From Paramicrosporidium saccamoebae KSL3 (lineage: Eukaryota > Fungi > Cryptomycota): a stretch of DNA of 32,000 nucleotides. The translations under genes were made by a program, and so were the position numbers. The stretch lies in the NCBI GenBank assembly GCA_002794465.1, contig MTSL01000165.1:3271-35270 (forward strand), given 5' to 3'. Positions 8,601 to 17,083 of this stretch are shown here, one piece after another; positions within the stretch are counted from its first letter, which is position 1; the number at the start of each line of letters is the position of its first letter. The notes under the pieces are model-generated. The model did not search any database. It saw nothing but the letters and a program-made list of their open reading frames with translations, and had not been told where the DNA came from.

Positions 8601-11435
8601 TCACATGGGATTTAAATGCTTGGATCGCCCGTAAATTGATATTGCAGAGCTAATAAACTTTTTCATAAATCGGTCAGTATCACTCATCTTTACCATCTCA
8701 ATCCTCAAGGATCGATATAAGAAGAACTTTGCCTCGCCCTCATCTGGCAGCTGCGTTGGCATCTTGCCCTTCAGTCCTTTGACGAAATCATAGCAGTGCA
8801 CCATGGCTATATCCTGCAGTGGGGATTCTGTCATTCCTGCAGCACAAAAATAGGCTGGACAGGAGGCGAGCTGTTTATCCATGCACATGTAATACTTGTT
8901 CAGCCAATATTTGGGGTCATGGTGTCGTTGCGGATGATGGATGGCCTCGACAGCATTGTTATTGTACGCCATTTCAGCTATCCGGTGAATCTTGTCTACT
9001 GGCCGTCCTTCGGGTGGTATCCTAATGATTCTCTTAATCTCTCTGGCCTCTCCTACTTCGAGACTCCAGAGCTGCTGTTGGCGGTTAACATTGTCGGCAG
9101 CTATCTGGTCAGCAGCGGCCTTTAAGTCTTTGGCAACGGATAGCGGGATCAAAGGACCATCGTCCACCCCATCTGCCTCGGGGACTACCCTCTTGGTCTC
9201 CATGTAGTAACGAACCAAGGAGGGAGTGGGCAAGTCGCCCTCGTCATGCTGACGAACAATGATTGCAGCGAGCAGAGTCAGGACTTGCTTCTTGTGACTC
9301 TTGTTCATATTCTTCACATAAGCCTGATTCATCAGGTAATTTACTGGCACGTTCAAGTAATCCGACGTTGGAAGACTCGGAGTTGCCCGATTTGCCTCCT
9401 CTACAAGTTGGCTAATCTTGGACGGTTCCATGCTTGGCACACCTTCTCTGAACACTTCGGCTCGCCATTCTCCAACATGTCTGGAATATGTTCTGGCAAC
9501 GTTTTGACTGAGCCTCTTGTATTCTTCCGCTTCTTCTGGGTTACTCTCGGCAGGGTTTCTTAGTCGGACACTGTCTAACAAGATTGCTCGAATAGTGTCC
9601 TTGACTGCGACTGACTCCATAGCATCTCCGGGCACAGCTGCGAGTATTGCCAGTGAATACTGCAGAATTTTTCTCGATAGGGCTTTACTTTTCAAAAAGT
9701 TTTTCACAAGACCCAGTATAATCAGCGGACTATTGGCTGCAGGATCATTTAGTTTAGTCAATTCCATGACCCAGTCATGGATGAAAAAGGGCTTTTCGTT
9801 GGAGATTTTGTGGAAATTGCCCTGTTTAAATTCGTGCTTCAGATTGTTGACAAAATAGTCCAGCCTTCTTGTGCACTTCAAAATGTCAATCTCAACTCGA
9901 ACAACAGATATTGCCCTGTTCACCATGTCGATGGCAGAGGCTTCCTTCTTCAACAAAGGATACCTTTCTATTAGATGATCCAACTGTACTCGGAGCTCTT
10001 CCGGTGGAAGGTATATATGCGCAAGCTCGTCCCAAGCCGACCAGCCCTCTTGATCGTCTTGCAAAACTTTGGGCAGGGCAGTTTCAAGAACCACTAAGGC
10101 AGACTTTGAATGGCGTCTTTTCATAACATTTATCCGCTCTAATAGTTTTTGGACAATATGCTTCTTCCTTTCCACGTTACTCACCAAAGTTTTCCTAAAA
10201 AACTTGGCTTGCGTTTTCTCTTCTTTTAGCTGTTTTACTTTGGAGCCGATGCGGTTCATTTGAGCCTGAAGTTTTACTAATTTCCTTTCTCCTTCTAGAA
10301 ATTGACTGTAAAGGGCATGCCGCTCCTCTGATGCCTTTTGGAGCTTTTGAAATGGTTCACTTACGTCGGGATTGTTTGCTGATTCTTCGTCAATCGCCAT
10401 TGTCAATTCTCTCTCCAAGCCTTGCTGCCTTGATAATGACTGAGATAGCTTGCATTCGTTTACAATAATTTCGTCATTGTGAGCGATCAAATCGTTCAAA
10501 GAGTCAATGTAGTCGTTAATTTGCGCAAGTAACGTGTCAATGTGTCCCTTGTCATTTGGGAGCACAGCATTACTAGATTCGAAATTGCATCGTTTCTTAG
10601 TCTTTTGAGTCACTGCATTCAGTTCTGATAGTGTTTCAATTCGGAAGACAGTTTTTTTCATCATGGCGTCATATTCAGAAAAGCGCACTGATTCTATTGC
10701 TTTTCGGTGTTTGAGCACAATGCTGTGCAAAAATTCCACAGATTGCAAAATGTTCGTGTCTCTCTTACTACGAGTCAGACTGGCCACATGCCGATCAAAG
10801 TCGTTAAGATCGACCAAATTAGCAATAGCTGGCCGCAGCCCGGACATTACTTCGAGGTAACTGTCGACAATTTTTTCCAAGTCGATGGCTAATTCTAGCT
10901 GCACTTCTTGCATCACCCTCAGCTCCTCCTCCAAGACATAACGGAGATTAGAATCCTTGATTGCTGTTGCTTCTGCCTGGGCCCAGTGCTTTTTCGAGAC
11001 CAACTTTGCCTCATCCACAATTTTGGCGTTAACAGCCTCCTCCATGCTCTGTTTGATCGTGTTGATATGGTCCTTTTCGTGGGCTGTCTTTGCCTGAAGG
11101 TCGGCGATTTTGGGTACCGCATTCAGAGAGCGATCATATTCGCTCTGAGACTCGCTCTCGTTCTTATTTGCACTTTCCAGCGCTAGAATAGCAGCTCGCC
11201 TGGATTCTCCAAGTGCCTCTTCTCTCGTTTCGAGCTGCTTAAGAGAGGTGGCTTGCGTATCTAGCTCCTCATTGGTTTTTGTAGTGTCCACCATTCGGGT
11301 CTGGGCCAGATCGAATGCATCTTGTGCCTGCCGTAGCTCCTCTTGCGCCACTTGGTATGCTTTCTCGAGATATTCTTGATCAAATGCTAGAGAACCACCA
11401 AGGATGACAATGATGACAGCGGCCAACTTCATCAT
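8601..11435 (-). CDS. Orphan secreted protein with long N-terminal coiled coil (944 aa)
   Basis: Uninterrupted 944-aa ORF. Signal-peptide-like MMKLAAVIIVILGGSLA, then about 450 aa rich in E/K/Q/L heptads. No recognised domain and no TM segment. Confidence 0.85.
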   Translation of the reverse strand: MMKLAAVIIVILGGSLAFDQEYLEKAYQVAQEELRQAQDAFDLAQTRMVDTTKTNEELDTQATSLKQLETREEALGESRRAAILALESANKNESESQSEYDRSLNAVPKIADLQAKTAHEKDHINTIKQSMEEAVNAKIVDEAKLVSKKHWAQAEATAIKDSNLRYVLEEELRVMQEVQLELAIDLEKIVDSYLEVMSGLRPAIANLVDLNDFDRHVASLTRSKRDTNILQSVEFLHSIVLKHRKAIESVRFSEYDAMMKKTVFRIETLSELNAVTQKTKKRCNFESSNAVLPNDKGHIDTLLAQINDYIDSLNDLIAHNDEIIVNECKLSQSLSRQQGLERELTMAIDEESANNPDVSEPFQKLQKASEERHALYSQFLEGERKLVKLQAQMNRIGSKVKQLKEEKTQAKFFRKTLVSNVERKKHIVQKLLERINVMKRRHSKSALVVLETALPKVLQDDQEGWSAWDELAHIYLPPEELRVQLDHLIERYPLLKKEASAIDMVNRAISVVRVEIDILKCTRRLDYFVNNLKHEFKQGNFHKISNEKPFFIHDWVMELTKLNDPAANSPLIILGLVKNFLKSKALSRKILQYSLAILAAVPGDAMESVAVKDTIRAILLDSVRLRNPAESNPEEAEEYKRLSQNVARTYSRHVGEWRAEVFREGVPSMEPSKISQLVEEANRATPSLPTSDYLNVPVNYLMNQAYVKNMNKSHKKQVLTLLAAIIVRQHDEGDLPTPSLVRYYMETKRVVPEADGVDDGPLIPLSVAKDLKAAADQIAADNVNRQQQLWSLEVGEAREIKRIIRIPPEGRPVDKIHRIAEMAYNNNAVEAIHHPQRHHDPKYWLNKYYMCMDKQLASCPAYFCAAGMTESPLQDIAMVHCYDFVKGLKGKMPTQLPDEGEAKFFLYRSLRIEMVKMSDTDRFMKKFISSAISIYGRSKHLNPM

Positions 11436-11521
11436 CGTGCCAAGCTCTGCTCCAATCAGAATACAGTTCCGGATCTTTGAACAAGTACGATTGGGATGGA
11501 AGGAAGACCAATCAAGTTTAT

Positions 11522-12322
11522 TTATAATGAAACTGAAACTCTTGGACTGTTTGCTTTTCTAAAGAGCTGACGTGCTAGGAAAATGCCACCTACCATTGCG
11601 CAGGATCCCACTAACCCCAAAGAGAGAAGGATTCCGGCACCCCAATCATTAAGACTGCTAAATCGAGGTTTCTTTGTGGGTGTAGATGTCGTTGAAACGA
11701 CGCCGTGACTTGGCACTCCTGCAGTGCATGTGTCTTTAATGTCTGATATTCCAGTCCCTGAACTTGGATCAGGCGTTGACACTGGCGTTCCCCCAGACAA
11801 CAGATCCAACAGCCCAGAAAACGACAGAGTTGTCTTTGTGCCGTTTAGGCTATTCTGCGGACCTGTAATGACTGTCTGCCCCGTATTTGAGGTAGGTGCT
11901 CCAGCATGTTTACTTGCCGAGGTTGAATCACTGGTGGGCTTGGCTTCCTGGTCGCCTGCGATGATGCGAATGTGCTCTTCGTCCACTGAGCGAATACTCT
12001 TTCCCAATTCTGGACCAAGACCCGTAATCTCTTGACCCACTGCTCCCTTTATAGACCCCGCTAGTCTTATCGCTTTGAATTGCTCATCCCGATGCTTTAC
12101 GTTGAGACTTTCGCTAATAAGACGCTCAAAAGCGAGCCCATTAATGTCCTGTGCTTTGATGGCGTTGGTGACGAGACTCGCTGCGTCGGCAGCCATTGGA
12201 TAGTAGTTCAGGGTGTCTATTACTGCTTGTGTAAGCTGTTGCTTGATATCGTCAACCACACCCTCCCCTCCCACAACATGGACTGACAGAATGGCGAACA
12301 GAGGGATCCACCATAGCATCAT
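11522..12322 (-). CDS. Orphan type I membrane protein with Ser/Thr/Pro-rich stalk (266 aa)
   Basis: Signal peptide MMLWWIPLFAILSVHVVG, helical N-domain, mucin-like S/T/P region and C-terminal TM (WGAGILLSLGLVGSCAMVGGIFLA) followed by basic residues. Confidence 0.85.
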   Translation of the reverse strand: MMLWWIPLFAILSVHVVGGEGVVDDIKQQLTQAVIDTLNYYPMAADAASLVTNAIKAQDINGLAFERLISESLNVKHRDEQFKAIRLAGSIKGAVGQEITGLGPELGKSIRSVDEEHIRIIAGDQEAKPTSDSTSASKHAGAPTSNTGQTVITGPQNSLNGTKTTLSFSGLLDLLSGGTPVSTPDPSSGTGISDIKDTCTAGVPSHGVVSTTSTPTKKPRFSSLNDWGAGILLSLGLVGSCAMVGGIFLARQLFRKANSPRVSVSL

Positions 12323-12419
12323 CTAGTCAGTGAAGCATCTCGAACCTGATCCAATAATAGTGCGCCCGCAGTCTCCAATCACATTCCTTCTTCCAACACC
12401 AATACTATCCTATGAGATT

Positions 12420-12608
12420 TGTCACGTAGTGGGGACAATGTCACGTAGCGGGGACAATGTTACGTAGCGGGGATAATATCACGTAGCGGGGATAATATCA
12501 CGTATCTTGTCAGACGAGAGGAACACTCGTTCGCTGCTAATCTTTAAATCGCAGGGACACAAATCTTATTGTTCTTAAGTATCCAGCTAATCAATCTTCT
12601 ACACCACA
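12420..12608 (-). mobile_element. Short interspersed element, copy 2 (189 bp), with tandem 19-nt end repeats
   Basis: Plus-strand ends are TGTCACGTAGTGGGGACAAT and CTAATCAATCTTCTACACCACA. AGATT flanks both sides (12415-12419, 12609-12613). Shares GTTCGCTGCTAATC with copy 1. Confidence 0.72.
12421..12504. repeat. 19-nt tandem repeat x4.4 (RTYACGTAGYGGGGAYAAT)
   Basis: Units at 12421, 12440, 12459 and 12478, plus a partial unit at 12497. No spacers. Confidence 0.9.
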
Positions 12609-12612
12609 AGAT

Positions 12613-13104
12613 TTATTGTCGCTTGTATTTGATGAATAGAACTAGCGCCAAGATGCCAACAATAGCTAGAACTGATGCAACCACGACAATTACCCAAAAA
12701 CGAAAGCTGGTGTCCCCAAATTTGCAGACATTCTTCCACGCTGTTTTTAAATCTCCCTGGGGAAGCGACTCGACCGTATCGCGGAGATGGAAGCCCTTAC
12801 AAAGATTGTTCTTGACAAAGGTGGCCTGTCCCGTGAGCTCGGCGGGGGTGACATTTTTGACCAGCATTGTGCAGTTGACAGTGTCAGAGCAGACAACCTT
12901 GCATTCGTCCAAGGTGAGCTTTTCAACGGAAATATTTGCACCGTCTTTGATTAGGCCTTTGAGTTTTGCGGTCAGTAGTTCGGGCTGTGTCGCGCTTTTC
13001 GAAGATTTCTTGTTTGTGCGAGATGGTGTCGAGTTTAGTACTGATCTCTTGCGTGCCTCTACAGCTAAAACCAAAAAGGATATAAAGAGTGTGGCAATTT
13101 TCAT
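12613..13104 (-). CDS. Small orphan type I membrane protein (163 aa) with Cys-containing juxtamembrane domain
   Basis: From ATG 13104: signal peptide MKIATLFISFLVLAVEA, basic/Ser linker, Cys-containing domain, TM FWVIVVVASVLAIVGILALVLFI and tail KYKRQ. Confidence 0.82.
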   Translation of the reverse strand: MKIATLFISFLVLAVEARKRSVLNSTPSRTNKKSSKSATQPELLTAKLKGLIKDGANISVEKLTLDECKVVCSDTVNCTMLVKNVTPAELTGQATFVKNNLCKGFHLRDTVESLPQGDLKTAWKNVCKFGDTSFRFWVIVVVASVLAIVGILALVLFIKYKRQ

Positions 13105-13282
13105 AAACGAAACAACTGTAACTTGCCAAATATTTATAATCAAGCGACCAATGAATGATGCCCAAAAAGCAAACAACCCTTGACGAGATGATGAGACAAT
13201 GGAATGGCGAGACGATTAAATAATGATACAATGCTACAACAGTGCCATGAGATGCAATGTCACAACAAGACAACGATATTAT

Positions 13283-13468
13283 TTAGACGTAGAGGATCGA
13301 TGGGGTATTTGTGTGCTAGAGTGGATCGCTTTTCCGGGTATTTGAGGACTATTAAGTTATTTGTGAGACTATAAATTGGTCGTTGGATTGACTGAATAAA
13401 TTCTCATCTCGTCCCATTTCGTCTCTTCTCGCCTGACAAAGTCTGTGGTTTATCCTCACTACGCAACA
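13283..13468 (+). mobile_element. Short interspersed element, copy 3 (186 bp)
   Basis: Ends are TTAGACGTAGAG and TTATCCTCACTACGCAACA. Flanks TTAT/TAAT match 3/4. A 30-nt block is identical to copy 4 and a 28-nt block is identical to copy 5. TATAAA at 13370 and AATAAA at 13395. Confidence 0.72.
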
Positions 13469-13548
13469 TAATGGCGTCATCTTGAGAGGTGTATGGTGGT
13501 AAAAACTTTTATTCACTTTCATTTACATTCTCATTCGTTCTGTGGAAT

Positions 13549-15288
13549 TTAATTTTGAGGACGGAACCAGAAATAGGCTCCCAGGACCAGACCAGCTGCC
13601 AACACCACTACGCCGCAAACAATAAGGAGAATCATGCCTATGCCCATGCCCGCTGCACAAGTCTCGTTCCAAGCTTTGCGCAAAGGACCTTCTGGGAGAG
13701 CATCAATATCCTTTCTGGCTTTGCCACAGAGATCCTTGCTGTAATGCTCTTTTTTGGCTGCAAGCTTTGTGGCATCAACGTTTGTTACAAAGAGTGTGAC
13801 CAATTCAGGATTTTCGCTAATGATCTTGATCTCATCGGCAGTGTAGTCGTCGGGATTAAGAGAGCTCTTGGCTCCAATGGCGGCATTGATCTTGTCAGAC
13901 ACTGTCTTTACAACATCCACGTCAGAGGACGAGGCACCATGAACAATGTGCGGAGCCGTGGGAAGGTATGCCTTGCTTCCGATAAGAAGAATAGGACTGG
14001 AGTGCGGGTTTTCACTGGTGTTAGTGGACTCGCCAAAATCAACAGCATCGTCGTCATCACTCCCCTCAATGTTCAATGCATCCTGACGTTGCTTCAAGCC
14101 AGCCTCTAGTTGGGTTTTCTTCTCTTCATACCATTGCTGGATTTTACCAGTCGCTTCTTGTACCTCATGCAAACGTTTATGAGCCTGTTTGCCAAATTGT
14201 ACCTTGATAGCTTCCTTTACATAGTTTGGTAGCTGAGAGTTATCAATTTCGTCAAATCCACCCAGACCTGACTTTAGGAATAAACTATCCAACTGCATCT
14301 TGCACGCTTCATTAATCTTTGTCGAGTCGCTTGTCCTGGCTCGCTTTACCTTTTGAGCAGCCGCACAAAGGTATGGTGTACCCGAGAGATCTTGATGCAG
14401 TTCGTTGAATAATGACATGTTTAAATAGAGCTGGACCGGCAACTTTTTGTACATGTTGTAGTCAGCAAACAGAGGGAAGTAGGCACCAAAGAAGCCTTTG
14501 ATAGAATCTCCCACGGCGGCAATAGTGGCTGTCACGTTGCCTGTGCGGTTAGAAAGGAACCCGGTGATCGTGCTGATTGTGGCCTCGTTGTACATGGCCA
14601 CCAGCCTTGCGTAGTCATAAACAGGCTTCCAGGGCGTCTGAACAGTCGTTGCTGCAATTTCAGTAACATTTTTAAAGAGCTTTTGGAGTTCAAGGCTAGC
14701 AGGACTTTCCGGATGATCTTGATTAAACTCTGTAAGAGTTGCCTCAATAACACTTTGAAGCGCCTGGAGTCCATCCTCCTGGATCGGAGCTTTTTCAACG
14801 ACTGTTATCAAAGCACTAGTTAATTGTGCCCGCGTTGCAAGAGCTTCGTCACGCCTAGCAGTAATTGCTTCGATCTCAGCAGCTTTCTGGTCCGGGGTAA
14901 GAGAGTTGTCAGCAGGCACATTCTGGAGTGCTTTATCCAAGTCTGCCAATTGATACGCATTTTCGACTGCCTCTAACGCGAGCACCTTTGCAGCTTCTGC
15001 AGGTTGCTCATTATGTGTATGAACGACGGCTTGGAGGACTGCACTCGTTCCTCGATCAAAAGTATCCGCAATGGCATCGGCAGCCATGGCAAGCAAGAGA
15101 GTGTTATAATTTTCTTCAATCTTTGCTAGGGTTTCTGGAGCAAGCACATGTCTCTCTGCATTGGCTTTAAGCTGATCCACCGACGCTGCCATAGATCTTG
15201 TAGCCTGATCGACGTATGATAATCTTGAAGCGTACACATTGCTGATGAGCAGTGCCGCACCGATTAGTGCTCTGGCCGTGGGATACAT
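13549..15288 (-). CDS. Orphan type I membrane protein (579 aa), helical ectodomain
   Basis: From ATG 15288: signal peptide MYPTARALIGAALLISNVYA, Ala/Glu/Gln-rich helical region, a juxtamembrane domain shared with the 163-aa gene, and TM MILLIVCGVVVLAAGLVLGAYFWF. Confidence 0.85.
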   Translation of the reverse strand: MYPTARALIGAALLISNVYASRLSYVDQATRSMAASVDQLKANAERHVLAPETLAKIEENYNTLLLAMAADAIADTFDRGTSAVLQAVVHTHNEQPAEAAKVLALEAVENAYQLADLDKALQNVPADNSLTPDQKAAEIEAITARRDEALATRAQLTSALITVVEKAPIQEDGLQALQSVIEATLTEFNQDHPESPASLELQKLFKNVTEIAATTVQTPWKPVYDYARLVAMYNEATISTITGFLSNRTGNVTATIAAVGDSIKGFFGAYFPLFADYNMYKKLPVQLYLNMSLFNELHQDLSGTPYLCAAAQKVKRARTSDSTKINEACKMQLDSLFLKSGLGGFDEIDNSQLPNYVKEAIKVQFGKQAHKRLHEVQEATGKIQQWYEEKKTQLEAGLKQRQDALNIEGSDDDDAVDFGESTNTSENPHSSPILLIGSKAYLPTAPHIVHGASSSDVDVVKTVSDKINAAIGAKSSLNPDDYTADEIKIISENPELVTLFVTNVDATKLAAKKEHYSKDLCGKARKDIDALPEGPLRKAWNETCAAGMGIGMILLIVCGVVVLAAGLVLGAYFWFRPQN

Positions 15289-15310
15289 ATTACCTGTCAC
15301 TAAACACCGC

Positions 15311-15541
15311 CCAATTCCCTTATGAAGTGCGTCCGTGAACTTGTCGCACCAATCGAGCGAGAGTCTCGGTGCGCACACGCACCAATCATAAAAATATCGT
15401 AAAAGATTACTGGTTTCTTGGACCACATCCAATCGAATTGGTCACTCCAAGAGATATGGACCAATTGAGCCGCGTGCTGCGGGTCATTTTTATTGGCTAT
15501 CGACATACTGTAGGCACCAATGGACGGCCTGATTACCCAAT
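15311..15541. promoter_or_regulatory. Dense CCAAT-box cluster upstream of the 579-aa surface gene
   Basis: Nine CCAAT/ATTGG pentamers in 231 bp (15311, 15349, 15382, 15429, 15437, 15461, 15492, 15517, 15537). About 0.45 are expected at uniform base composition. Confidence 0.6.
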
Positions 15542-15542
15542 A

Positions 15543-17041
15543 TCAGTCTTTGCTGTAAGAGTTTTGTAGCTACAGACAAGAGTTAATAAAATCAGAACGA
15601 CATACTGCCCGTCTTGTCATTTCCTTGTATGACTTTGGACCTGCATGCTCCAATGAGCCACCTAATCCAGCGCCTGGTCGCACTGTCGTCACAGCCTACA
15701 CGATTTAGCTCAAATGAGTTAGGTACTTTGATGGGCTCGGTTATGCCGCTTCCATCGGGCCCTAGGCCCTTACCAGCTTCCCAGCCCAGCTTTTTTAGTA
15801 TTTTGGATCCAAATGATTCCGATTTTTCGTGTTGCGTCACCAAGTTGGGCTCTTCGGGATACAATTCTCGTCGCTCTGCAGCCCGATCCCGCGCAACTTT
15901 TGTTGGTTCTTCTAGTTGCTTGTAAGCCTCGACTCGAGACTGATGCTCGGATGACTCTTTGCCGTGAGCTTCGAGCTCCTCCTCACTGTCAAAGACTACT
16001 TGGCACAGAAAACAAGCTTTCAGGACGGGATTCAGAAAAAATCGTATCCTTAGGCTCTGCTCCTCCTCTAGGCTGTTTGGGGCCGTTTCTGTTTGTGAGG
16101 TCACTTTCCATGGTTTGAATTGGATTTTTGGCTTTTTAGCTTGCGCAGGCTCGTTGGTAGTAAAGATCTTGGGTTGTGCTACTGTTTCAGTTGCCACTGC
16201 CGGATATGGAACAAGGCTGACTAGAGGATCCCAATGCTCCAGATGTGTGCTGTGACGATTCAAAAATAGAGTGTTAAGGGCAGCTAGATCGCGGCCAAAA
16301 GTAAGAGCATCACTGCCATGAGAACTGTAAAGTGCCCATTTGGCCTCTTCGGCTATATCCGCGGAGGGGTATTCGAGAAATGCAAAGCATTTTGAAACGG
16401 CCGTCTGCCGGTCAACCACAAGCCATACACGTTCCAACTTTGCAGAAATCTGATGGCTCTCTACATAAATCTATTATGATAATCAGAGCTTCTGGTAGTG
16501 ATACATTTTCGGCTGTGCAGTTTGGGGAAATGGCCCTCAATAAAAGAAATTTTGTTGGAGTTGGACACACATCTTGAGAGCCCGTCAACTCGACGGCCTG
16601 AACGACAGTGACTGGAGCGGGAGAGGACTTGTTAACGAGACACTTGTAGCACTGTTGCCTCCAGTGGTAGTTGCTAGCTTTGCAGTATTGACATTCCCAC
16701 CCACTCCGGACCTCTTCAACACTGTGCTCTATCAGCACGGGATGATAATCAATGTAGAGGGCTCCAGAAAGGCTCAGCAGCGCTTCATAAGTTTCTGTAT
16801 CGTTACAGGAGACTAAAGCAACGCCCTTTGTCAGACCTACTGGTCAGTCAGGCATTCAGCACGTACCTGACCGGTCTCTCAGTATCCTAATAAATTCGAG
16901 AGATTCTGGTGACTTCAAGTATGATGCCACTGCAGCATATATCTATGACCATGAGATTTCCAATGGAGGGCATGCCGAAGCCTCACTAGCACTGATTGGG
17001 AGGCCTCGAATGACTAATGATCGTCGCATCGATGCGCTCAT
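15543..17041 (-). CDS. RBM5: RBM5/RBM10-like splicing regulator (RRM-RanBP2 ZnF-RRM-C2H2-G-patch), 6 exons
   Basis: complement join(16976..17041,16867..16942,16505..16836,15727..16470,15606..15695,15543..15569), 444 aa. Motifs LVIRGLP, WECQYCKASNYHWRQQCYKC, LLLRAIS...CFAFLEY, CFLCQVVFDSEEELEAHGKESSEH and FGSKILKKLGWEAGKGLG...AGLG. Introns are 33 (GC-AG), 30, 34, 31 and 36 nt. Exon 1/2 and the last exon are less certain. Confidence 0.85.
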
Positions 17042-17083
17042 TGGCTCCCCGGCATTGCCCCTTTCCGTTTTGGGCAGCGAGTA

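Noticed and set aside
12421-12504. CRISPR array (also considered for 23844-23976)
   Set aside because: Units are contiguous with no unique spacers, there are no cas genes, and the context is eukaryotic.
7572-15432. Longer N-termini offered by the ORF track for Rac, the 187-aa ORF and the 627-aa ORF (likewise PKA-R, POB3, the 736-aa and 705-aa ORFs)
   Set aside because: Most begin at non-ATG codons or run through CCAAT or repeat-rich promoter DNA. The conserved N-terminus or signal peptide begins at a downstream ATG.
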